Of a DNA stretch of 64,000 nt, positions 42,406 through 52,868 are shown piece after piece; the first letter of the stretch is position 1, and each line of letters begins with the position of its first letter. The position numbers were made by a program, and so were the translations under genes. The notes under the pieces are model-generated. The model was not told where the DNA came from. It saw only the letters and a list, made by a program, of their open reading frames with translations, and searched no databases. Source of the DNA: Gammaproteobacteria bacterium (GTDB taxonomy: Bacteria > Pseudomonadota > Gammaproteobacteria > Eutrophobiales > Eutrophobiaceae); contig CBDFNQ010000038.1 of assembly GCA_965250225.1 (NCBI GenBank), positions 118,851-182,850 on the forward strand. Direction: 5' to 3'.

Positions 42406-43977
42406 TTGAAACTAACCTTGGGAGTGTTGGATTCTGTAAAATCCTTTTACGACGCTACACCCCATATCAGTCGTTCGGAATTTCAGACATTTGTGAACCC
42501 ACTCCTGAGAAAATATGCTAACGCACAAGCGTTGGAGTGGATTCCAAAAATACTGAATAGTGAACGACAGAAATATGAAACACAAGCGCAGGTAGATGGG
42601 TTAGAAGGCTTCACTATCAAAGAAAAAAATCAAGGCGCGATGGTCACAGCAAATATTCGCGATGAATATTTCCCGGTATATTTTGTCGAGCCGCTGCAAA
42701 CCAATAAAGCTGCGGTAGGATTTGATCTTGCGTCTAATCCAAAACGCCTGGAAGCACTTAATACATCGAGAGATAGTGGGGAAAAAGTAGCAACCGCACG
42801 CATTACCCTGGTACAAGAAAACGAAAAACAAGCCGGGTTATTAATCTTTAATCCTGTCTATGACAATGCAACGTTCTATAAGAGCATTGAGGAAAGGCAA
42901 AAATATATAGAAGGTTTTGTGCTCATGGTTTTACGTGTTGGCGATATGATTAGCCAGGCACTGGGAGAGAACGAAAGTAACTTTGATATACAGGTTGAAG
43001 ATATAATCTCACCCGGAAATACAGAAAATATTATTAATTCCGTCCAAGGCCAAGCTGTACCTATAGATGCTTTCTCATATACAGATGTACTGGACTTGGC
43101 AGGCCGCCAGTGGAAAATTACGCTAACACCGCGTATGGATGCCTATAAGAACCTCATATCTAGATTACCCTGGATTATTCTTGGCAGTGGTCTTGTGTTT
43201 ACTGCGTTACTCACTCTTTTATTTATGCAACTTATTCGTCGCCGCCAAATAGTTGAAGATCTTGTAGAACAAAGAACATCCGAACTTAAACATACAATGG
43301 AAGATTTACAACTGACTAATGATGAATTAGAAAAGTTTGCCTATGTTGCCTCACACGACTTGAAGTCACCGCTACGTGCTATTGATAATCTCAGTCTCTG
43401 GTTAGATGAAGACCTTGGTGATGCATTGACAGGTAAGAACAAGGAGTACATGGAAAAATTGCGTGGTCGCGTATTTCGCATGGATCGGTTATTGGATGAC
43501 TTACTTGATTATTCACGGACAGGTCAAACAGAACAAAAAAGTAATCCTATTGAGACTGATTTATTAATTAAAGAAATCACCGAGTTGTTAAACATACAGG
43601 AAGGTTTTCTGATCAACATCGATGACAGCCTAAAACAATGTACTGTCTCAAAATCACCACTCGATCTGATCTTTCGTAACCTGATTGACAATGCGATTAA
43701 ACACCATGATAAAACAGAGGGGACGATCACGGTCTCGATGAAACCGAATGGTCAGTATTATGAATTTACGGTTGATGATGATGGCCCCGGTATCGATCCG
43801 AAATTTCACGAGAAGGTTTTCGAAATGTTTCAAACATTAAAACCCCGAGACGAAGTCGAAGGCAGCGGTATGGGTATGGCCATGGTGAAAAAAATTCTGT
43901 TCAAGCATGGCGGAAGAATTATCCTGGATTCTGATATCGGTCAGGGTACCCGTTTTATTTTCACCTGGCCTAAATAA
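42406..43977 (+). CDS. CHASE-domain sensor histidine kinase. N-terminal TM segment lies in frameshifted upstream ORF 42285..42521.
   Basis: Periplasmic CHASE-like domain (…SRSEFQTFVNPLLRKYANAQALEWIPKI…GFDLASNPKRLEALNTSRDSGEKVATARITLVQ…), TM (LPWIILGSGLVFTALLTLLFMQLI), HisKA (FAYVASHDLKSPLRAI), HATPase_c (GSGMGMAMVKKI...GQGTRF). The upstream frame (…RLFFIAMAGVVISIITCLVF…VKVQFRSIEQAVETNL) joins smoothly if one nucleotide is added or removed near 42415. Confidence 0.8.
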   Translation: MKLTLGVLDSVKSFYDATPHISRSEFQTFVNPLLRKYANAQALEWIPKILNSERQKYETQAQVDGLEGFTIKEKNQGAMVTANIRDEYFPVYFVEPLQTNKAAVGFDLASNPKRLEALNTSRDSGEKVATARITLVQENEKQAGLLIFNPVYDNATFYKSIEERQKYIEGFVLMVLRVGDMISQALGENESNFDIQVEDIISPGNTENIINSVQGQAVPIDAFSYTDVLDLAGRQWKITLTPRMDAYKNLISRLPWIILGSGLVFTALLTLLFMQLIRRRQIVEDLVEQRTSELKHTMEDLQLTNDELEKFAYVASHDLKSPLRAIDNLSLWLDEDLGDALTGKNKEYMEKLRGRVFRMDRLLDDLLDYSRTGQTEQKSNPIETDLLIKEITELLNIQEGFLINIDDSLKQCTVSKSPLDLIFRNLIDNAIKHHDKTEGTITVSMKPNGQYYEFTVDDDGPGIDPKFHEKVFEMFQTLKPRDEVEGSGMGMAMVKKILFKHGGRIILDSDIGQGTRFIFTWPK

Positions 43978-44020
43978 ACAACCCATCATTCCACACCTAT
44001 TAATTAATAAGGAGACACAA

Positions 44021-44449
44021 ATGACAACAGATACCGTAAACATCTTATTGGTCGAAGACGACGATATTGATGCCGAAATTACTCAACGCTCCTTTAAAAA
44101 AATGAAAATTAGCAATCCATTTTCCCGCGCCAAGGACGGCGTAGAGGCTCTGGAGATGTTACGTGGCGAAAACGGCCATGAGCCGATTCCATCACCAAAG
44201 CTATTATTAGTCGATTTGAATATGCCTCGTATGGACGGTATCGAATTGATAAAAGAGTTACGTAAAGATCCTGCATTCAATAAAATCGTGGCGTTTATCC
44301 TGACCACCTCCAAGAGAGAAAAAGATAAAATCGCAGCCTACGATCTCAATGTGGCCGGCTATCTGCTTAAATCCAATGTTGGAGATGAATTTATTTCAGT
44401 CATCGAAATGCTGGATCACTACTGGAAAGTAGTCGAATTTCCATCATAA
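44021..44449 (+). CDS. Single-domain response regulator (CheY-like receiver)
   Basis: MTTDTVNILLVEDDDIDAE...LLVDLNMPRMDG...AFILTTSKRE...GYLLKS. Start taken at the internal Met at 44021 (the ORF-track start at 43907 overlaps the kinase end). Immediately downstream of the histidine kinase. Confidence 0.85.
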   Translation: MTTDTVNILLVEDDDIDAEITQRSFKKMKISNPFSRAKDGVEALEMLRGENGHEPIPSPKLLLVDLNMPRMDGIELIKELRKDPAFNKIVAFILTTSKREKDKIAAYDLNVAGYLLKSNVGDEFISVIEMLDHYWKVVEFPS

Positions 44450-44477
44450 ATTTAATAACTAGGTGGACGAGTAATAC

Positions 44478-46211
44478 TCAGTTTATTTGTACTTGTTTTA
44501 ACTCACTAAGACCATTGAACATGAAATTTACATACTCATCTGGTGGCAAAGGTCGCGAATAATAATAACCTTGTATATAGTTACAATCCATCGCACGAAG
44601 AGTCGTTACAAGTTCTAATGTTTCAACACCTTCAACAATGACTTTCATACCCAGTTGTTCACTGAGTACCGAAATTGCCTTTACGATTGCCCTGTCATTT
44701 ATATCGGAGAGAAGATGATCAACAAACGATTTATCAATCTTGAGCGTCGACAAAGGATAATCGCGCAAGTATGAGAAGGAAGAGTAACCAGTGCCGAAAT
44801 CATCAATGCTGATGCCAATGCCATTTTCATTTAATAATTTAAAATGTTCAATAACCAGTGTTTCGTAATGTAAAATAACACTCTCGGTAATTTCAATATC
44901 GAGCCAACTGCTTTCCACAGCTATTTCATCAAATAGTTCAAGCAAACGAACAACGAAGGTCTTCTGTCGAAAATGCAGTGAGGAAATATTGACGGAAATT
45001 CTTGAGTTCGGAAATTGTTGTCGCATATTCGACTTCCAATAATGAGCAACTTCTTTCAAGACATATTCTCCAAGCTGGACAATCAACCCGGACTGTTCCA
45101 TCTCAGGTATAAACGTACCCGGTAACATGATTCCTTTTTCAGGATGCTGCCAACGCACCAGGGCTTCACAGCTATGGATTGTTTCAGTTTTGGCATCTAC
45201 CACTGGCTGGTAATAAACAATAAATTCATTATTGGCAAACGCACGTCGAAGTTCATTACCCATATTTGGGCTTTGCGATTTCTTTTTTGTCTCCGAATCT
45301 GCAAACTGATACTGATTACGACCCTGTTCCTTGGCGAGATACATCGCCGTGTCAGCGACGGTAATCAGCTCATCACAAGACTGACCATCATCAGGGAATA
45401 GTGAAATACCAATACTACAACCTATGTACAACTCCTCTTTATGAACATAAAACGCTTCTTGCAAAGAGGTATTGATTTTTTCAGCGAGCTTACTAATACC
45501 ATTGTTATCGACAATATCTCTCAATACACAGATAAATTCATCACCACCAATTCGGGCTACGATATCCGACTCTCTTAGTAGACTCGTAAGTCGTTTAGCC
45601 ACCTCAATCAAGACAGCATCCCCAATATCATGGCCCATCGAATCATTGATAATTTTAAATCGATCCAGATCGATAAATAATACTGCTATTTTTTCATCAG
45701 TTCGTTTCGCATGCTGGAGTATATTTTCAAATTGATATTTCAATGATGCCCGGTTTGTCAGACCTGTTAATGAATCGTGCATGGCGAGTTCGTGTTCACG
45801 TTCTTTCAAGACATCCAATTCGACTAGGAGGCGCTTTCGCTCTATAGCATGATGAATAGCACGTTCAACCGTATCGTCTCTAGCCTCACCCTTGATAAGG
45901 TAGTCCTGGGCACCTGCTTTAACGGACTCAATACCCTGCTGAATATCGTTATTACCAGTCATAACGATGACGGGAGTGTTCCTGGCATGTTTAATCGCCT
46001 CAGATACGATGGTAGAACTGGTGCCATCGGGTAGTCCCATGTCCAGAAAGATCACATCATAATCTTCCTCTTGCATGGCTTTTTTACCATCGGCTAACAA
46101 TGAAACATGAGTAACAGAATAGGAGGCTAATTTGCCCCGGTTGAGATATTCCTGCAATAAATACGCATCGCCAGGGTTGTCTTCTATTAAAAGCACTCTA
46201 ATTTCAATCAT
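44478..46211 (-). CDS. Response regulator with GGDEF and EAL output domains (REC-GGDEF-EAL)
   Basis: REC (IRVLLIEDNPGDAYLL...VIFLDMGLPDG), GGDEF (RIGGDEFICVL), EAL (EALVRWQHP...DDFGTGYSSFSYL). Confidence 0.88.
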   Translation of the reverse strand: MIEIRVLLIEDNPGDAYLLQEYLNRGKLASYSVTHVSLLADGKKAMQEEDYDVIFLDMGLPDGTSSTIVSEAIKHARNTPVIVMTGNNDIQQGIESVKAGAQDYLIKGEARDDTVERAIHHAIERKRLLVELDVLKEREHELAMHDSLTGLTNRASLKYQFENILQHAKRTDEKIAVLFIDLDRFKIINDSMGHDIGDAVLIEVAKRLTSLLRESDIVARIGGDEFICVLRDIVDNNGISKLAEKINTSLQEAFYVHKEELYIGCSIGISLFPDDGQSCDELITVADTAMYLAKEQGRNQYQFADSETKKKSQSPNMGNELRRAFANNEFIVYYQPVVDAKTETIHSCEALVRWQHPEKGIMLPGTFIPEMEQSGLIVQLGEYVLKEVAHYWKSNMRQQFPNSRISVNISSLHFRQKTFVVRLLELFDEIAVESSWLDIEITESVILHYETLVIEHFKLLNENGIGISIDDFGTGYSSFSYLRDYPLSTLKIDKSFVDHLLSDINDRAIVKAISVLSEQLGMKVIVEGVETLELVTTLRAMDCNYIQGYYYSRPLPPDEYVNFMFNGLSELKQVQIN

Positions 46212-46391
46212 ATAGTCACTACTGATGTAATACTGAAGCTGTCATATCATTGATTTATTTTGATTTGTAATGCCGATTGGTATCGGCAATTTGGCTAAAA
46301 AACTTTAAGTAATCAATGAAATATGCTTGTTTTAATCCAATTGGTGACTGGGTATAGAATTGTTATTTAGTCTTGATACTCTAAACCCTTT

Positions 46392-46787
46392 TTAAAATGG
46401 CTCAGTGGTGAATATCGAATCATCAGCCACATCCGTGGATCTTTAGGATCAGGTAAACGACTGATCGAACCCTTCCCCAGTTCAGGTGCCGTATTTCTTA
46501 ACACCGACTTTGAGAATTATATCCTGGGCGACAGTAATCCAGATTTAATTAACCTTTTTCAACAACAGGTAAAAGAAGAAAAAAATTATTCATTATTGCT
46601 CAGTTTTTTTTAATTTCGAAAAAAAATACCGAAGATATTTTTTATAGCTATCGTAAAGAATTCAGTGGCAAGTGTGTTACAACGCAAAGCCGCCCTGTTT
46701 CTCTATTTAAACCGCCATTGTTATAACGGTAGCTGCAACAGTAAAAAACGGGACAAGGTCAGAGAGCTACTGGCTGTATTTCAATAA
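46392..46787 (+). pseudogene. Decayed second Dam-family methyltransferase gene (N- and C-terminal fragments only, internal deletion and frameshift)
   Basis: Translation KWLSGEYRIISHIRGSLGSGKRLIEPFPSSGAVFLNTDFENYILGDSNPDLINLFQQQVKEE parallels Dam residues 9-70 of the intact copy at 40770. The 3' end ...KKRDKVRELLAVFQ* parallels ...SKRDKVEELLAVFQ*. The DPPY region is missing. No intact ORF. Confidence 0.7.
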
Positions 46788-47029
46788 TATCTTTCCTATG
46801 TGATCTATTTAGGCCCATATTCTATCCATAAATTTCCGCTAGTAACTCTTTTCCATAACAGTGTCTTCGTCGTACCGTTCACGACCTCGATATCATGTAG
46901 TCTAAGCATTCTCATGGAAAGAAATTTAACTAAAGTAACTCGCAAACGCAGCCGTTAAAATTTGCACGAATACATGATGAACGATGCTGCTTCTCATACA
47001 ACTCAATGAGATATCGCGAAATATAATAT

Positions 47030-47821
47030 ATGGAGACCAGGCCGATGGCCCGGCTATTTTCAGTTATATTTAGATACAATATTTTGCCAATAATTCTGTC
47101 CTGCTCATGTGTGTTTCCGGTGCAGGCTGCCACGGAGGGTCAAAAAGCGACTGGTGTTTCGGCGTCAGAAACGACTCAGAATAAAGCATCCGCAGGACGT
47201 CCATTCAACGCGAAAGCTGCGCTTACATACTACTTTGACAGTCGCGATTATAATACTCTTGCGATATTCACCAGCATAGATGAGCTTCCTTTGGGATTTA
47301 AGATTTGGGGGTTTACTGATCTCCACGGTGATCAGGGAAATGCATCTGACCGTTTCGATATCACACGTCATTTCATCGAATACAGACTGTCTCGCGAGAT
47401 CAGTCCGGAATGGCTGTTTGGTCTGCAAGGTGTCGGCATGATGGCCGAATACAATGATTTCAACGGACCTGACAATGATCTAGTTCGCATTGGTCCTTAT
47501 TATGATCATGCTATTCCACTTCCTTTTAGTGATCGCCAGGGAAAAATGCAATGGCGTTTATTCCCATATGAATCAGACGGAAGCGGCTGGCAGGCAAGTG
47601 TCAGCTTTTTTGTACCATTTTCAGATCGAGTATCGCTTACCGGGTTTGCGGATATCAATGTTATCGACGGTTCAGATCGTTGGGTCGTAGAACCGCAATT
47701 AAATTTCAAGGTCTCGCAACAGTTTTCACTTGTCATGGAACTACGTTATAACGGATTTGAAGAAGCGAACCCTGATCTCGACGGATTAGGACTCACTGCT
47801 GGATTGAAATTGTCATTCTGA
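47030..47821 (+). CDS. Hypothetical outer-membrane beta-barrel-like protein
   Basis: Signal peptide (…ILPIILSCSCVFPVQAATE), alternating amphipathic beta-strand pattern, C-terminal aromatic residue (…GLKLSF), typical of OMPs. Start may be the Met at 47045. Confidence 0.45.
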   Translation: METRPMARLFSVIFRYNILPIILSCSCVFPVQAATEGQKATGVSASETTQNKASAGRPFNAKAALTYYFDSRDYNTLAIFTSIDELPLGFKIWGFTDLHGDQGNASDRFDITRHFIEYRLSREISPEWLFGLQGVGMMAEYNDFNGPDNDLVRIGPYYDHAIPLPFSDRQGKMQWRLFPYESDGSGWQASVSFFVPFSDRVSLTGFADINVIDGSDRWVVEPQLNFKVSQQFSLVMELRYNGFEEANPDLDGLGLTAGLKLSF

Positions 47822-47841
47822 GACGTGAAACACAACTTTAA

Positions 47842-49506
47842 TTAGATGGCTTTTCGTTTGTTCCCGCGATCTTTGTGATGTCCCTCTGCCCTGGATTGGC
47901 CCTGCGGTGTAACAGTCACTAACTCAAGTGCTACCTTCGGAAGTGTGAAATAGAATGTCGAACCCGATCCGGGTTTTGACTCCACCCAAATCTCGCCGCC
48001 GTGCCGAATGATCACCTTCTTGCAAATGGCTAGCCCTACACCGGTTCCTTCATAATCCTCACGTGGGTGGAGACGTTGGAACATCACGAAGATTTTTTCG
48101 ATATAGCGCGACTCAATCCCAATACCGTTATCCTCGATTGAAAAACACCAATCCGCACCGCGATCTTCCGCTGATACTTTGATACATGGCACAGTATCTT
48201 CCGCCTGATATTTGAGCGCATTAACGATCAAGTTCTGGAACAATTGAGTAAGTTGTGTGCCATTTCCTGTTACTTCGGGGAGCATTCCAATGTCGATTTG
48301 TGCCCCCAATTCATCGATGGTTTGTTTCAAACTGTTGATAGCATTCTGACAGGCAGTTCCCATGTCTATTGTTTTGAGTTCACTGCTAGAATCGACTCGT
48401 GAATATTCTAGCAACTCATGAAGTAGTCTCTGCATACGTTTTACGCCATCGACTGCGTACTGAATGTAATCATCAGCCTGCTCATCAATCTGCCCCTGGT
48501 AACGATGTTTCAAGAGTTGCGTGTAATTTCCGACCGTCCTTAATGGCTCCTGCAGATCGTGGGAAGCGAGATAGGCAAATTGTTCAAGATCTTCATTCGA
48601 TTGTTCCAGCCGGGACGTTTTTCTTGCCAAATCAACTGTAGCTAAATCCGCGTATTGTAGCGCCTGGCGGTTGGCCTTAGACAGCATGATAAAGAGCATC
48701 AACAACATTGAGTCAATAATGATACCGCCAAATAAAATCATAAGAGGTTGATTGCTATCGGCGGCTTCTCGGAAAGATTGGGTAGAGCGGATATCAAATG
48801 TCCAGATACGACCGTATAACGGCAGATCAATTTTCGTGGTTAATAGTGGTTCTGGATCGTAATCGAACTCACTTGGCATGTGCTCGTTATAGATAGTCTC
48901 GGCTGTATCGGCAATGCTTAAACCAACATGGCGGTTCTCTCTTGAGAGCACGCCATCCATGAGCTTTTTGACAACGAACGGCGCGTAAACCATGCCGGTG
49001 AAATGAGTGTGGCGCTCTTCGGCAGTGGTATAGGTTCCACCTCGATAGAAAGGCGCGTAAAACAGAAACTCCGCCTCCGGATGAACCGCATAATCCGGAC
49101 GCGAAGCACGTTGCTCTGTCTGATAAGCAGGCATCTCTGTAGGCGAAACACGGTGGATGACTCCGATGCCGTTGATACCGGGATATTAGATGTCAATATC
49201 CAGTGTATGGGCAAACTTATTCCAATTCTCGTAAGGAATATCACCTCCCTGAGCCTGAATTGCACCCACCCCACAATGCATCTTCATACTTCTGCATGCG
49301 CTCAGTGATCAGCTTGATAACTTGGTCAGATTCACGTAAAAATCGAGCCTTAACTTTCTCATCGATCTGTGTTTCGTGATATACCACGCGCCGACAGTCA
49401 ATATGAGAGACATAATGATGACTAGCCAATGAAACCAGTGCAGTCGACTGGCCCTGATGAGCTTCTCTCGTTCGAAGTTAATTTTTTGGGTATTCTCTCT
49501 AGCCAT
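47842..49506 (-). pseudogene. Second CHASE-domain sensor histidine kinase, disrupted near the 5' end (N-terminal TM and first CHASE segment in separate frames)
   Basis: Intact 3' part 47842-49134 (CHASE C-half FLFYAPFYRGGTYTTAEERHTHFTGMVYAPF, TM, HisKA FAYLASHDLQEPLRTV, HATPase GTGVGLAICKK). Upstream fragments: ORF 49309-49506 encodes the TM anchor (RLHWFHWLVIIMSLILTVGAWYI). ORF 49241-49429 encodes a CHASE N-segment homologous to the first kinase (…ITERMQKYEDALW vs …LNSERQKYETQAQ). An in-frame stop (…TLDIDI*) occurs before MPAYQ…. Confidence 0.65.
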
Positions 49507-49854
49507 AAGATCTCGTAGAGTAATTTATACTTTTACATCCACACATTAGCGACAAAGCTTTAGTGTAAGAATCAATTTTTTCACCTATACAACATTTGAA
49601 ATCAGGTAGATAAATAGACAGAAACAAACCCAATAGGCTCAGTTAATTAAATAATAGTCTACATTCCGTTGATCGCTACTTGATTTAACACCGCTAACAG
49701 AAAAGTCCTGAAACTATGAGTTGTTTCAGTTGTAACTGTAATAGTCGGTAAGATCGGTGAATTGCCTTCCAACTTTTTGTTTTTTCTATTAACAACTAAT
49801 CTATTAATTAATGATTAAAATACAATGTCGAACTAAGACTTATTTTTTAGCGCT

Positions 49855-51195
49855 CTAGGAAAAACCCTTGTTTAATAATTGTATCGCATCCTGAATAGGC
49901 ATAGGTTTTGAAAAATAATATCCCTGGCCAAGCTCACATCTTTGCTTTCTTAACCATTCCATTTCTTCCCGCTTTTCAATACCTTCAGCTACAACAAGCA
50001 TATCCAGTTGTTTAGCCAAACCAATAATAGCGGAAACTATACGTTTCCCATTATCATTATCAAACATGTCATTAATAAAACTTCGATCGATTTTCAATAT
50101 ATCTAAAGGAAATCTGTTTAAGTAATTCAAACTTGAATAACCTGTACCAAAATCATCTATCGCAACAAGAACTCCAATTGTACGTAATCGACTTAATGCC
50201 TCCATTGCCACATGAGGGTTATTTAACAGAGTGTTTTCTGTTATTTCCAATTTTATACATTTTGGATCGATTGAAGAGCGCAAAATAATATTAATGAGTG
50301 ATTCTACGTTATCTTTATCATCCAGCTGGCGTGGTGATACATTGATGCTGATAAAAAGTGGATTTTTCAGATTTTTATCTTGAGCTTTCTTATCAAATAA
50401 TTGATATGCTAATAAAGAATGCTCTAATATCCATTCACCTAAAGGGATAATCAACCCGGACTCTTCAAGAAGCGGAATAAAGTCTTGAGGATTACGCATC
50501 TCAGGAATATCCTTAGGACCACGGACTAATGCTTCATAACCATTAACGATACCATTTGATAAATTCACTATGGGTTGATAATATAATTCAAATGATTGGT
50601 TCTCGACCGCAGCCGAAAGTTTCGACATAGAATTAATATAATTAACTGCCTCGTTTCGAGTCTGTTGAAAAACGATATCCCTTTTGCTTTCAAATTCCAG
50701 TTCCTCCACCTCTATATCATCAGAAAAATCTGTGTGCATTATTCTCAAACGACGAAATGCTGATTGTAATAATAATTGAGTTAAAGGATCTTCTCCTTTC
50801 ATCGCATCCTGAATCTGCCTGCGACTTATCGGGTGAACAGTTATTTCATGTATAGCAATTGCTGTTGCCGTACGAAGCTTTCCATCCATCACAGAGATTT
50901 CCCCAAAAATTTCTCCTGGGCCAAGAATTGCAATCACTTTCTTTTCATTATTAATGTCGCGTGATATTTCAACATAACCGTTATGTATAAGATATGCTTC
51001 GTTACCACGATCATTTTCTTCAAAGATTCTGGTGCCTGCTGAATAAATAACCTGGCCAACGCTGGGTTCGATTAGTTTTGCCAATTCCATTTGGGATATT
51101 TTGTGAATTGCCTGTGATCCAACAACTGGCATTTTAGCTAACCTTTGAATGTACTTGCTGCTGATCAAACCATTTAGTAACCTGGTTACGTCCAT
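49855..51195 (-). CDS. Cyclic-nucleotide-binding domain + EAL domain protein (cNMP-regulated c-di-GMP phosphodiesterase)
   Basis: cNMP-binding signature (GEIFGEISVMDGKLRTATAIA), EAL domain (YEALVRGP…ELYYQPIV…DDFGTGYSSLNYL…EGIEKREE). The ORF-track start overlaps the upstream GGDEF gene by 62 nt. An internal Met (MPVVGSQ, nt ~51135) abuts it instead. Confidence 0.85.
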   Translation of the reverse strand: MDVTRLLNGLISSKYIQRLAKMPVVGSQAIHKISQMELAKLIEPSVGQVIYSAGTRIFEENDRGNEAYLIHNGYVEISRDINNEKKVIAILGPGEIFGEISVMDGKLRTATAIAIHEITVHPISRRQIQDAMKGEDPLTQLLLQSAFRRLRIMHTDFSDDIEVEELEFESKRDIVFQQTRNEAVNYINSMSKLSAAVENQSFELYYQPIVNLSNGIVNGYEALVRGPKDIPEMRNPQDFIPLLEESGLIIPLGEWILEHSLLAYQLFDKKAQDKNLKNPLFISINVSPRQLDDKDNVESLINIILRSSIDPKCIKLEITENTLLNNPHVAMEALSRLRTIGVLVAIDDFGTGYSSLNYLNRFPLDILKIDRSFINDMFDNDNGKRIVSAIIGLAKQLDMLVVAEGIEKREEMEWLRKQRCELGQGYYFSKPMPIQDAIQLLNKGFS

Positions 51196-52654
51196 TGGTT
51201 TTAGAATGATATAGTGCCTGATCTGCCTGATCGATCATGGCAGCTGGGTCTTTTGCTCCCAAATTAATTGCTGAGACTCCCAAACTGGCAGTGATTGTTT
51301 TGCCGTTTGTAGGACTATCCTTAACTTCTGACCAATACAAAAATAATTCTCTGATCTTTTCTGCTATAACGGCTGCTCTATCAAGATTAGTTTGAGGTAA
51401 TACTATACAAAATTCTTCTCCACCGTAACGGCCAACAGCACCATTTTTACCACAATGCTCAATCAAGATATTTGCTATCCCCTTTATTACTTCATCACCA
51501 ACTGCATGCCCATAGGTGTCATTGATTTTTTTAAAGTGATCAATGTCTACCATAATACAGCTGACTATCAAATTTTCCTGTTTTGCCAGTATAAATTCAG
51601 TATTTAATTTTTCGAAAAACGCCCGACGATTCATGGTATTCGTAAGTGGATCGACACTCGCAAGCCGTCTGAGTTCATCATTTTGTCCACGGATTTTTAT
51701 CTCTGCTTTTTCAAGTTGGGAAACCGTTGCTTTTAATTCCCGATTAGCCCTTTCGACCTCACTGATATCATCAAAAGTGACCATCATGCCGCGCTGTTTC
51801 CCTTTGCCATCATATATTGCTGAAATATTAGTCGACAGGACACGCATGCCTTTTATTTTTGAGTGAAGCAACAATCTGACTCCCTGTAATTTACTGTCCT
51901 GTAATTTAGTGTGTTCCCACGGCAATGGAAAAGGGTTGTCCGCTTCCCGTTTAAATTCTCCCCAGTTCAACTTGGATAATGGTTGACCAATCAGTTCATC
52001 GGATGAGATTCCGGCCATATCAGAAAAAGCATTGTTTGCCAAAACTATGTACTGTTTAGCATCAAGTAACACCACGCCTTCAACCAACAAATCTAACGCA
52101 GCCTTAACACGACCAGGTACTACAGCGCTAGGATCTAGATAATGAAGTGCTCGACGAATAAAAAGTGTGTAAACCAGAAACCCCAACGTTAAAGTGACTA
52201 GAATTAATCTAGCAAGTGGAGACTCTAATAAAGTTGGTATCCAACCAATTTGCAGAGGGGTAAACTGGACTTCCATCCTGCCCCATTCCTGACCAGCTTC
52301 AAAAATCGGTACCAGAGCGTGGGTTGGTGTTGAAAACTTTATACCCTCTTTATTCCAGTTGCTTTCGTGACCACCTGCACTAGCAACCAATTGATCATCA
52401 GCCAGACGTAAACCGAGCGAAACGACTTCGGGATTGCGCTCTACTAATCTCATCATGCTGCTCTGAATAGCTTCATATTCTCCTGACTCAACAAGTGATG
52501 AAAATTGTATTGCAATTGATTCGCAGTATTCTTTGCGAGCCTCTAATTTTTGGCTGTGTTGTCCCGGGAATATTCCAAAAAAAGCATCAGAAACCAGCAA
52601 CACTGTCACCGTCAGTGCCGTTATTGATAAACCTATCCGAATCGATGGGCTCAT
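51134..52654 (-). CDS. Membrane-anchored sensor PAS-GGDEF diguanylate cyclase
   Basis: N-terminal TM, periplasmic/sensor region, second TM (LILVTLTLGFLVYTLFI), PAS-like region, GGDEF (RYGGEEFCIVL). Confidence 0.85.
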   Translation of the reverse strand: MSPSIRIGLSITALTVTVLLVSDAFFGIFPGQHSQKLEARKEYCESIAIQFSSLVESGEYEAIQSSMMRLVERNPEVVSLGLRLADDQLVASAGGHESNWNKEGIKFSTPTHALVPIFEAGQEWGRMEVQFTPLQIGWIPTLLESPLARLILVTLTLGFLVYTLFIRRALHYLDPSAVVPGRVKAALDLLVEGVVLLDAKQYIVLANNAFSDMAGISSDELIGQPLSKLNWGEFKREADNPFPLPWEHTKLQDSKLQGVRLLLHSKIKGMRVLSTNISAIYDGKGKQRGMMVTFDDISEVERANRELKATVSQLEKAEIKIRGQNDELRRLASVDPLTNTMNRRAFFEKLNTEFILAKQENLIVSCIMVDIDHFKKINDTYGHAVGDEVIKGIANILIEHCGKNGAVGRYGGEEFCIVLPQTNLDRAAVIAEKIRELFLYWSEVKDSPTNGKTITASLGVSAINLGAKDPAAMIDQADQALYHSKTNGRNQVTKWFDQQQVHSKVS

Positions 52655-52868
52655 GCGCTTTAATTGATACTCCTGAATAATAATTAGAATATTGACATTG
52701 AGGCCAAATCACCTGAATTTAAAGTAAATTACTGGCAATAAATTCTTTCTGTAAGTTGAAATATCGGCCATTTCAAAAATTACTTAATATTAAGCATGCC
52801 TCGTTTCACGAGCCTGCCCTGAGTTAGTTGATGATTGGAGTAGTACGATTCTATTTCCAGGAGTTAAT

